Origin: Octopus bimaculoides
Lineage: Eukaryota
Assembly: GCF_001194135.2 (NCBI RefSeq)
Contig: NC_069004.1
Span: 27,579,720 to 27,643,719, forward strand
DNA length: 64,000 bases
Direction: 5' to 3'
In this document: positions 12,490 through 23,695 of the stretch, in pieces
Layout: each line of letters begins with the position of its first letter
Numbering within the stretch: the stretch's first letter is position 1
The notes under the pieces: model-generated
Databases searched by the model: none
What the model was told of the DNA's origin: nothing
What the model saw: only the letters and a program-made list of their open reading frames with translations
Translations under genes and position numbers: made by a program

Positions 12490-12800
12490 GGCTCCATCAT
12501 TGTCATCATTTTTGCATCTTCTTTTCTATTCTTGTATGGAATCAATGAGTCCTTTCCAACGCAACATCCTTCATTTTGTTGCTTTTTTCTTTGTCATTTC
12601 CATTGTGAAGCTCAACATCTTGAAATTGGCTTTCATCACCAACTTTTATCCAAGTCTTCTCTAATTTTCTTCCAAGTCAACATCTATGTGCATTACATAT
12701 CCATACAAACACAATCACCTGCTTACTACACCTAATTCCTCTTATACCCAGTTTTTCTCTTGGCTCATCTGTACTTTGTCACTCATTTACACTCACCACT
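12490..12800 (-). mobile_element. Degraded RTE-like LINE 3' end
   Basis: Translates to REKLGIRGIRCS..., a decayed form of the RLRWxGHVxRM region; paralog at 14330-14885. Confidence 0.55.
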
Positions 12801-12859
12801 TCAAGGTTGTGTCCTAGCATGGGAATGAATTTGGTAGGTAGAAACTATGTGGAAGTCTG

Positions 12860-12899
<40 letters not shown>

Positions 12900-14329
12900 G
12901 TTCAGTGGGCCATACTTGCTTCACCACTCTCCAACTTTTGCACATCCTCTGCAGTCGGTGTCCTTTCATGCTACCCTGGTGTATTGTGCTTTATACACAA
13001 GCAACATGTAATCTAACCATCATTTGAAGAAAAAAATCCCCTTGTTACCAGCTGAAGTAATAACTCCCTGAACTTATTTTTTTTGTTCAAAGCTTGTTCT
13101 TATTCTGGCTACTATGCTTTCAGAAAATCTTCCCCCGACAGCTGATTTAAGTTACCTAGGTAACACTCATCTTAATACCCAAATTTCCACTCTCATCTGA
13201 ATATTCTAATTTATACATTCCTCTTAATATCCAAATTCATACACTCATTATGGTATCCTCTGATAGGAAGAAAGTGAAAAAAATGATTGTATTAGAGAGA
13301 AAAAAAAAGCTCTGCTTTTATCAAAGGTTAGTTTGTTTAATTTTCAATATTAGTGTTCAGCTACACTTTGATTTTTGTATGTTCTAAGTTTTAATAATTT
13401 TTTTCCTCTCTCGTCACTGTTCAGCTCTTGTTATTACTTCTCTTCCCCACTTCTCTCTCTCCCCCTCTTGATATGTCTCATTCATTCTTCTCTTAGTCTC
13501 TCTTTGTTTCCTTTATGTCAATACATGCACAATGGAACCATGCCTCACTTGAATCAGGTGACATTTTAGTGTGTACAAGCTTTGTTTGTTGGACTCTGGC
13601 CAGCTCTGCTACACAGTTTAACTGATCATGCCTACTAGACTCTATCTATCACACCCAAATATTTATTTCTACCACTTGCAATATTGTCAGAGGTTTTCAC
13701 CTAAACTATCATCTTTCTACTTCTTCTTCACCCACACCATTATTCCGTAACACCAATCACGTTTCAAAGTTGTTATTCTTGGATGATCGGTGGTTAGGTT
13801 ACATACACGAATGACGATACTAAATGTAATATTAGCATAATTAACTGCAGTGGTCAAAATATCACAAGTAATTAAATGTTCTTGTGGTGTATTGATAACC
13901 AGCTAATGCTCTCATCTGTCGTATGTTAATAATTTCTCTCATTAGGGCAGCTAAGGTGACGGAGAACATAAAGAACTGGATGTGGATAACTTAATGATGA
14001 TCTCTCATTTATTTATAAAGGTCAAATATCAAATCCTGATGAAGTTGGATGTCATCCCTTTGATGTTGGTGGTGGTTGTATAACCCCAGGTCAGCTCTGA
14101 TCAAGCATGTGCTACCTGTGACACACACAGGTAATCAGCTGAATGATAAGGCATGATCCATTTATTTGTTTTTCCAATAATGCTATACCCCCACCTGGCA
14201 AGGGGATGTATTGCATAATCTTACACAGAGTAATGAAATACATGGAGTACAGCATAACAACTTGGGCATGCCCAGTCCAGTTCTGTGCGCTTGTGGATTG
14301 TAGTGGTGTCTACATTGGGGACAGACATG

Positions 14330-14885
14330 CTGAATTGTGTATAAAACGCAATGCTGCATTATAGTATGACAAGGATATTAAATACAGAGAATGTGCAAAA
14401 TTTAGAGAGCAATGAAGTGAGTATACCCCACTGGATATGCACAGAAGCAATGTGGACATAAGCAGCGTGGTACTGATCAACCAACTGCATGGAAATTGTT
14501 GAAGAAAATCAAGGAAGACTTGGGTAAAAGTTGGTGGTGAAAGTTCATCTCAGGCTGTTGAGCCTCATGATGGAGATGTCATAGAAATGCAACAAAAGGG
14601 GAAATGTTGTGTTGGAGGGGGCTCGTCCAGTCCATACTACAGGGTGTCCACAAAGTCTGGGTACATCGAGTAAATAAAATCATAACATAAACAATTAAAT
14701 AAAAGAAATAATAACTTCTTAAAATATGTGTTAATCCTCATGTGGGTGCATGGAGTAAATAAAATCATAACATAAACAATTAAATATAAGAAATAATAAT
14801 TTCTTAAAGTATCTGTTAATCCTCATGTACCCAGACTTTGTGGACACCCTATAGAATGGAAAAGAAGATGCAAAAATGATTTGTT
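14330..14885 (+). mobile_element. Degraded RTE-like LINE 3' end interrupted by a MITE
   Basis: Aligns with the reverse complement of 12490-12700 on both sides of the MITE. Confidence 0.55.
14640..14851. mobile_element. Tc1/mariner-type MITE, 212 bp
   Basis: 27-bp TIR CAGGGTGTCCACAAAGTCTGGGTACAT (1 terminal mismatch), TA TSD, internal 85-bp tandem duplication. Confidence 0.9.
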
Positions 14886-15825
14886 TCCTAATTCTGGGTC
14901 TCTAGTTAAGAAATCAGTTTTGCAACCACGTGTTTCTAGGTTTTGATCAAACTGCATGATACTTTGAGCAGGTTGCTTGTTTTAACCATAATCTTAAGAT
15001 GACAAATACTTATTGAATGGAATTTGGTAGGGTGTACGTGTTTTCACTGATGTTTGTCAGTGTGAAAACCTAAAGAACAGGTGCTTTTCACATGTAATCT
15101 TTTGAAATAATTATTCTGTGAATTACAGACACTCCCTTGTGATTCTTAGCATCAGGAATTCAGTGAGCTAGTGATTGACCCTTTGGAAATAAGTTATGAA
15201 TGTTGTGACTGTTTCCGAGTTATGATATATGATAATCCATAGGCATAAGTGTGCCTGTTATGGAATCTATATTCTATTGTTCAATAATAGTTGGTGGCTG
15301 TTCTAACAATTTCTTTTGCTGAATTTAAAACTTTCCTTTGTTTCTGATTAAATAGCAAATATAAACTATTTCCTTGTGAAAGCTTAGATTTCTAAACAGA
15401 AAAAAAAAAAAAAAAAAAAAAATTGAAAGGGCCAAATTATCTGCTCGGCTTGCTACTTCTTTAGTCCTACACACTGGGACTGAACCCAAAGCTCTGTGAT
15501 TGAGAAGCAAGCTTATTATATTAACCACACAGCCATACCTGTGCCCATGTGTGTAAATTTATAATGTTTTAACATTTTCAATCTTTGTTCCTCTTCAGAC
15601 ATATCACTCTTTAAACTTGTAAATGAAAAGATATAAATACATGTTTGTATATATAAATACATGTGTTTATGTATGTAAATACATATGCTTTATACATGTG
15701 AAAACTACACTAATTTGAATTGTATATTATTTTTGCTTTGAGACTCCATTTAATAATCAACAAATGAAGAGTATGTACAACTTTGGAAAACATATTTTAA
15801 ACATTGTCTCTTCTTTCTTTTGTAG

Positions 15826-15852
15826 GTAAGAGACTTTTGATTCTTTTAATTG
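15826..15852 (+). CDS. Candidate 27-nt exon (phase 1, xKRLLILLI) whose first bases form a 5' splice site (recursive-splice-exon-like)
   Basis: TTGTCTCTTCTTTCTTTTGTAG|GTAAGAGACTTTTGATTCTTTTAATTG|GTAAGC; only one frame open; lies in a SINE-free stretch. Confidence 0.5.
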
Positions 15853-16953
15853 GTAAGCAAAAAATCTTTTTTTACTCCACCTATTCATGCTAATCTTTCA
15901 ATTAAAAAACAAAGTGTCATATGTTATAATACTTAAGGTATCATGTTTAGCTACTTATTCTGCCTAATTTTCTTATTTCGAAGATATTTCATTTTTTTTG
16001 TTTTTTTTTTACCTATATCTTTCAATTCCACTTTTATTATTCCTTGTCTGTAGAAATTTTTTGTTCTTTTCTCTCTTTTCTGCTTTTTTAAGGAGACATT
16101 TAAAAAAAAAAAATATCATTGAAAACTATTTTAAGAGCTCTGTGTATTTGATGCTTTCAGTATCCAAGTAACATATAATTATCAACATTATCAATTGTAC
16201 GATCTTCAGCATTATATATATTATGTATATTTATACATCATCTGAATTAAAATTGCTTATTCATTTAAGAAATTACACAAAGAAAAATAATGTACTGTCC
16301 ATTGTGGCCATGACATTTTGTTCTTGGTAAATAATTATAAAAAAAATACTAATGATGTTAATAATTTTAAAGGCAAAACTTATTGTTAGCGCTTTTGTAA
16401 CTTTTAATTAATACAGGACAGAAAAGATTGAGGATAATGAATTACTTGCCCATGGCACATATAACTAATTTCTCTGTCATCCATCTTTCCAATGAATAAC
16501 AAGTTCTTTGTACTGTGATAACAAGCTAGGAAACTAATCCTTTGTACCTAACTGTAGTTTGCACTATATTGCTTTCATAATTAGGTTCAAGGACTCCTAT
16601 TCAAAGATGAGGAGGGGATTTAAATTATAACATTTACAGCTTGCTTTATTAAAGATGTATTAGTGAAGCAAATGAATCGGAATGATTTTAATTCAGGAAT
16701 CACAGCTAATCTTCAAACAGTTCGCTAGGCAAGAGCCTCTTGATGGCCAGCAACCTTTTAGAAATAGCAGCCAAATTTCTGTGAATCACACCTGAGCATC
16801 ATAAAGTGAGGAGGACATGTAAAAAAATTCAGTAGTAATAGATATACAAACAAGATAGAATAGTCAAAGCTCGAATACCGTTGATCACAACCGATTTAGG
16901 GCTAAATTGCAATAACTGAACTGTAGTTCATGTCTCTCTCTGGTTTGCAGTGT

Positions 16954-17339
16954 GGAGGCACAATGGCCCAGTGGTTAGGGCAGCAGACTCGCGGTCATAG
17001 GATCGTGGTTTCGATTCCCAGACCGGGCGTTGTGAGTGTTTATTGAGCGAAAACACCTAAAGATCCACGAGGCTCCGGCAGGGGATGGTGGCGAACCCTG
17101 CTGTACTCTTTCACCACAACTTTCTCTCACTCTTTCTTCCTGTTCTGTTGTGCCTGTATTTCAAAGGGCCAACCTTGTCACACTCTGTGTCACACTGAAT
17201 ATCCCCGAGAGCTACGTTAAGGGTACACATGTCTGTGGAGTGCTCAGCCACTTGCACGTTAATTTCACAAGCAGGCTGTTCCGTTGATCGGATCAACTGG
17301 AACCCTCGACGTCATAAGCGACGGAGTGCCAACAACAAC
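16954..17339 (+). mobile_element. Young full-length tRNA-derived SINE type A (octopus OR-like)
   Basis: A box TGGCCCAGTGG, B box GTTTCGATTCC, (ACA)n tail; TSD TGGTTTG(C/T)AGT at 16941-16951 and 17340-17350. Confidence 0.9.
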
Positions 17340-18520
17340 TGGTTTGTAGTACACATTACATTGTGGTCTACCATGCATGCTACACTGTTGCCTATCATGC
17401 ATGTCACAGTGATTCGTCATGCATGTCACACTATCTACCACGCATGTCACACTGTGGCTCACAACATATTACATTGTTGTCTACTATGTGTGTCAGATCA
17501 TGGCCTGCATCTATTGATTTCTACTCTGACCTGTAGGTATGGTAGACCCTAATTGATATAATTTCCTCACATGCTCTCAGATGTTAGTAATACAAAGTCA
17601 GTGATTTGACAACAGCATTTCTCAATTTCTCAATACTACAACAATAATGGATGTGGCTTTTCTGTTCCAAGTACCGAAGTAATGTCCACGGCTGTGACAG
17701 TTGTAGTGATCATCATTATTGTGGTCATGGTGATGACGACAATGACGGTAGTTTTAATTGTAACAGAAGTGGCGGGGGAGGGTGGTAATGATGATGATGC
17801 TTGTAACGACGGTTGTGGTGGTGATTGTGGGTTGTACAGGTGGTAGTGATGGCAGAGGATTTTTTTGTCCAGGACAAAGTTAAACTTATATGCAACACCC
17901 TTCTTTGTTTTTTCCTAAACTACTACTACTACTACTACTAGCAGCAGTAGAAGCTATGATAATGATTATTAGGGTAAATTATGAAGTGCATGTGTATTCG
18001 CTTACGTTACAGCTCTGTGAGAAGAGACCTTCTGCTACCTTTGCTAAATTCCTTCAAGCTTTCTTCATTTACACACAGGATGTTACACTTACGTATATAT
18101 ATACGTAAGTAAATAATAAATATCAATGAGAGCAAATAAAGTATAAAACAAGCAAGCACACCTAAAAACAAAGTCTCTCCCCCCACCACCAACTCATTCT
18201 TTCTCATTTTCTTTCTCTGTCACCTCTCTTCTCTCCTCACACACACTGTCCCACCCACTCTTGCCTGCAAACTAGTTGTCAGTCCTGAATTAATAATACT
18301 TTAAGTATTGATGTTTTCTTTTTAGAATCTACCAACTAATCTACACCATGTGTTCAGGATTAATGGGCATGAAATTGTAAAGATTCTAATAAAAGTTTCA
18401 AAGCTTACCTAGCAGAATAAATAATTTCTGTTGCGGCGGGGAGGGAGGAAAAGGCATTGTTTTCTGTAGATCCTGTTTATTTTATTTTTTTATTTTGTTC
18501 CATATCATATATATCCTTAA

Positions 18521-18741
18521 CCCTTTAGTGTTCACATTATTCTGCCAAAATTGATGCTTTTTTATCCACATTGCTTTGAACTAATCATGAATTATCTTGT
18601 AGCTATGAGATTTTGATAAGGTAGCTGCTAATTTTTAAAACGATATTGTAGGGTTGGTGTGAGAGACCAGATCTGGCCAGTTCTAACATAAAACAGGCAG
18701 GATACTTTTGGCCGGATATGGCCGGTTTAAATGCTAAAGGG
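18521..18741. mobile_element. piggyBac-like MITE, family 1 (221 bp)
   Basis: TTAA|CCCTTTAG ... CTAAAGGG|TTAA; further copies at 43532-43727 and 44054-44271. Confidence 0.8.
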
Positions 18742-18789
18742 TTAAACATTGTATTTTTGAAAGAAAAAAATTTCATCATCATTAAACAT

Positions 18790-19170
18790 CCATTTGTCTA
18801 TGCTTACACGAGTCAGATGGAATTTGTGGAGGCAGATTTTCTGTGACTGGATACCCTTCTTGTTAACCAGTCTTCACTTGTTTCCAAACAAGGTAATATA
18901 TCCTGTCCCCAATGGCCAGACACGTTTTTCATTTAAGATTGGAAATGAACAGAATCGCCTCTATGACAATGCTGTTTGTTTACAGTCGTAATGCCAAGAT
19001 GTGTTGAGGCATGTTTTCTACAGCCAGATGCCTTTCCTGTTGCCAACACTTACCTGTTTCCAAGCAAGATAATATCCCCTGCCATAGCAAAACGTTTTTC
19101 ATGAAGAACAGTATACATTGCATGTATGATGGTGATGCTTGTTTGCAATCATCACACAATGTCAAAACAA
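18790..19170 (-). mobile_element. SINE alternative-tail fragments (two overlapping)
   Basis: Reverse complement of the GGAAGGGCATCCAG / TTGCTTGGAAACAGG module. Confidence 0.6.
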
Positions 19171-19183
19171 AGGTACACACACA

Positions 19184-19235
<52 letters not shown>

Positions 19236-20249
19236 CATACATATACATACACATTTTTTGTTTTACTTTCTCAGCTGATAAAGATAGAATTTTTTTAAAT
19301 AATTTTTTCATAATATTTTTTTGATTCAAAAGTATTTTCCTCTGTAAACTTAAATGTCTTCACAATAATGCCGTCCTTACAATGAATGGTTTATTGTATT
19401 CTACTTCAACTGTGCTTCATAAATTCTTTTCTTTCTGTGTCTTTTTTTTTTCCATCTGAATGTATGCATGTTGTGTGATACCTTAAAAATGTCTAGCATT
19501 TTACCTGGCATTTTACACATGATTATAATCAGGTTTAACTTTTCAGTTTCATCTTTGAAATAATTCACTTGACCTTTTCCCTGTCCTGATTATTCTTAAT
19601 ATTGCTGTTGCTCTTAGAAACTTGTTGATATATAGCAACAATTATTTGATTACAAATCACTGACATATTGCAAAATTTCTCATATTTATATTATGAGATT
19701 ACAATTTTTTCTGAATATTCAAAGAAAAGTTTATTTCATTTTTGTATTAGATTTACAAAATTCTTGATGTGAACCTGTCTGTTGAATTAGATTTTGTTGC
19801 ATCTTGGGAAGGTCATTAGGCCAATAATAAACACATTCACTGGTTCTTTTTCACTTCTTTATCCATTTTGTTTCTTCTCTTTTTTCATCAGTTGGCTAAT
19901 GATTTAACTGAATCATACTTGGAATAGAGAGGAAATGCCATTGTTGAGATTGCAAATGGTAATGAAAGAACTGTTTGATTGATGGACTGAACAATTAATC
20001 AGATGATTAGTTAATTGGTTAAATTTTTGACAGTTGATAGAAATGGAAAAAAAGAAGTGAAATAGGATCAATGTATGTGTTTATTATCAATATACTGACC
20101 CTCCCAAGATACATCAAAGTTTTATGTAAACTATTAAAGTCAAAAAATTTGGGGTGGATTGTTAAATACAACCAGTATTTTAGTTATGCAATTGCTTTCA
20201 AAAATTTTGGTTAGATTGTCAAATACAGCCAGTATTTTGATTGTGTAAT

Positions 20250-20780
20250 TGCTTTCGAGACCCTCCCCCCATTCCCAAGGCACCTACTATAGGGATTGTT
20301 TCTGCTTTCAGCTACCACATTCTAGTTATGTTAGTTTTCAGATTTTTATATTTGGATAGTTTTTTTTCTTCCATTTCTGTGAAGAACATATTATCATCTA
20401 TTCAGCCGGTTTTGGTTACAAAGCGTTTGTTTTCCTGATGGTCCTTTATAACAATATCTCTTTGATTAACTTTGATCTCCCTGTTTGTGTATATTGACAT
20501 ATCCCAGAGTGGGTTGGTTTTGGCAGTCTTGGAAACCTCTTCTGTATGCTTAAACTGACTCTTTTTAGGTGGTATTTTGTAATGCTGGCATAACTTCTGG
20601 TACATGTAAGTCTATTCCCTATCAATTTGGATGTATTTTCCTTGGCTAAGACTGGTCAACTGTGGTTGTTTCTTCTGCACATCCATACATTCTACAGTTA
20701 CTTCTAGTATTGTACTTCATCATATACTTTTGATGGTTTCTGGTGCAAAGTCAATAATCTTACCATATCTATTCTTTCTG
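20250..20780 (-). pseudogene. Decayed R4/Dong-like non-LTR retrotransposon ORF C-terminus (restriction-like endonuclease)
   Basis: Frameshifted translation PVLAK..., YQKLCQHYKIP, PLWDMSIYTNREIKVNQRDIVIKDHQE, EKKLSKYKNL...TRMW*LKAETIPIVGALG matches the RHD/PD-(D/E)xK RLE layout. Confidence 0.8.
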
Positions 20781-20829
20781 CCTTCTACAATCATAACATA
20801 ATCATAGAAGGTAGAATCTTATATTAAAG

Positions 20830-22058
20830 TCATAAACTGACAGAATCATTAGCATGTTGGACAGAATGCTTTGTGCCATTTTGTCTGAGTTGGAATTCCA
20901 CTGAGATCAACTTTGATTTTCATCCTTTCGGAGTCAATAAAATAAAGTACCAGTTAAGCACTTGAGTCAATATAATCAACTTAGCCCTCCCCTCAGAATT
21001 ACTGGTCTTGCTCCTAAATTAGAAGGTGTATTTATTACTAAGATGATGAACTGGCAGAATTGTTAGAACATCAAACAAATATAATTGACCAACGCCCTTC
21101 CCTTAAAATTACTGGCCTTAAACCTCTGTTTGAAAATGTGGATTGGCAGAAAAATGAGAGTATTGGTGTGAAAGTCTTTTATGGCATTCCTTCGGGCTTT
21201 TTAAGTTCTGAGGTCAAATATTGCAGAGGTTAACTTTGCCTTTCATCCTTTTATAGTTGATGAAATAAAGTACCAGTCAAGTACTGGGGTTCACTGTAAT
21301 TGATTTGACTCCCCATCCACTAAAATTTGTTGGCCTCATGCCAAAATTTGAAGCCACTTATTATTACCTCCGCCTTAGCAAAGGCAGAGGTATTCTTTTC
21401 AGTTGTGTTTGTTTGTCTGTTTGTCCGTGGACAAGATATCTCAAGAACCACTGGATGGATTCAGGTGAAACTTTCAGAGATGTTTGGCCTCATGACTGGC
21501 ACAAACTGATTAGATTTTGGAATCAATCCAGTTCTGGACAAGGGTTATTCTTTCCTTTTTTTTTACTTAAATTTTGAGAGTGGTTGGGTTCATTTTTAGT
21601 ATTCTTGTTTATGAGAGCAGTCGAGTTTCAGATATTCTCATTTTAAAAATCATCTCCGGCTAATCATTGAGAGGACGTTGGTGTTGCCTTGGCAGAGGTT
21701 TGCGCTCTCTGAGTGGTCTTGTTATTATTATTATTATTATTATTGTCATCATCATCATCATCAAATTCAACCGAGGTCAACTTTGCCTTTCATCCTTTCG
21801 GGGTTGGTAAATTAAGTACCAGTTGAGTACTAGGGTTGATGTAATCAACTTCCCCCTCCCCTAAACTTCAGGCCTTGTGCCTATAGTAGAAAGGACTGTT
21901 ATTATCATCATCATCATTAAATTCAACCAAGATCGGTTGACTTTGCGTTTCATCCTTTCGGGGTTGGTAAATTAAGTGCCAGTGAAACACTGGGGGTCGA
22001 TATAATCAACTAGTCCCCTCCTCCAAAATTTCAGGCCTTTGTGCCTTTAATAGAAAGG

Positions 22059-22070
<12 letters not shown>
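20830..22070 (+). mobile_element. Cluster of four older type-B-related SINE copies or fragments with (ATT)n/(ATC)n tails
   Basis: Repeated core ACTTTGCCTTTCATCCTTTCGGGG...AAGTACCAG at about 20910, 21235, 21780 and 21940. Confidence 0.8.
21361..21722 (+). mobile_element. Non-autonomous Helentron-associated element (HINE/DINE-1-like)
   Basis: 5' TTATTACCTCCGCC subterminal IR, (GTYT)n microsatellite, 3' CCTTGGCAGAGGT followed by GCGCTCTCTGAGTG hairpin-like end. Confidence 0.75.
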
Positions 22071-22106
<36 letters not shown>

Positions 22107-22546
22107 GAACATTAACATAAGAGTGCAAGTAGGAAAAATTGGAAACAATTGTAAAGTGAAATGCAGTCATGAACTTGAAGTCAAAGAAAACTTAAACCAA
22201 AAGACAAAAAAAAAAAAAAACCAAAACAAAACAAAAGCAAGAGATTCAGACAGACATATTGACTTCTAATGTTGTATATGGTGCATTTATTAAATTTTCT
22301 TTTTAAAGTAATGAATCTAATTATCCTCAAGATTAATTATGTAACCTACTTCTTTATTAGAGGTCACCAGTTGTAAAAGCCCTACCTACTTTAATCTGTT
22401 GTCATTGCTTTTAATACTTTCTTTATGATAATCTTGTGCTGTTTGTGGTAAAAATAGAATGTTGTTCCCATGTTCATTGTCATTTCATTTCTCCCTGAAT
22501 AACTGAAATCATGAAATTTGATTTAATCTTTCAGTTTTTGTTGCAG

Positions 22547-22593
<47 letters not shown>

Positions 22594-22892
22594 TATTATT
22601 ATTATTATTGTTGTTGTTGTTGTTGTATCATTGTATCAGTTGGTTGGCTGACTGACTTGTTTTGTGAGATTTGTTTCATTACAGCGAACCAACATTCCGA
22701 AACTTTTTTTTTTTTTTTTTTCATTTATTTAAAGATATAAAATAATCTCTTAAAAATTTTTAGCTCTCTGTATTTTAATTCTTTGCTGTTTCTGTAATAC
22801 ATTGCATGCTTTCCACTAATCCTCTCTTGTGAGACATCTATGAATACACATACACATGCACACACATGATTGTGTGTGTGTGTGTGTGTGTG

Positions 22893-22967
<75 letters not shown>

Positions 22968-23689
22968 ATGTATATATTGTGTATGTGTATATAAACAATC
23001 AATTAAACGGATACCGTTTCTTTGTAGTTTTTAAAGAAATTTAAGCACGATTTTTATTTTTCCAGGCCATACACATTTCTAGGGATTGGAAATTTGCCAT
23101 TTTCATTTTGGCACCGACTGTAAATGTTACTGCACTTCTTTGCTTCTGTTTACTTGTTTAGAAGCATGAAATTGAAGATCAGCCTTTAATATGATCATTC
23201 ATTCTAGCAGAACTAAGGCTATGTTGATTTTGGTTTACTTTGATATGCTCGTCAGCTGTCTGTGACTTGTCAGCATTTAGAGACAGCACTGGAAAAATAA
23301 CATTGATCACATGACCATGAGTACCAAAACAGCTTTTGTGATGTTCTCTTTGACATGTATTGATTTATTGTCTGTTGTTTGTTTGGCTTTTCCCATTGAT
23401 GAAGTTATCTACTGTTGAGGAAGTTTTCAGAGAAATAGCTTGTCTTTCTCTCTCTGCTTTCAGTCTTTCTGCTTAACTACCTTTGGCTACTATTATGGTA
23501 TCATGGGTTTTGTTTTTATTGGCTCTTGGAAAGTTAAACATTGTTTCTTTGGTTCTTTCTTTTTCTTTCTGCATTTCTTCCTTTCATTCCCAGTTATAGT
23601 CATCTCTATAAAGTTGAATGAGTTCTTTCACCATCCTTTTTTTTTCTTTTCATTTTTTTTGTTTTTGTTCTGCTACATTCCCCCTCCAG

Positions 23690-23695
23690 ACTTAT
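23690..23695 (+). CDS. Candidate 6-nt microexon ACTTAT
   Basis: Long U-tract + TGC + CCCCCTCCAG|ACTTAT|GTGAGT, with GCATG about 12 nt downstream. Confidence 0.55.

Noticed and set aside
15290-15400. Minus-strand acceptor plus KSKLSQGNSLY... frame
   Set aside because: Acceptor is a poly-T run beside a SINE and there is no convincing donor; such runs are common here
16954-17030. tRNA-like sequence with A and B boxes (also 33563)
   Set aside because: Head of a SINE, continuing into the SINE body with a TSD; no proper acceptor stem
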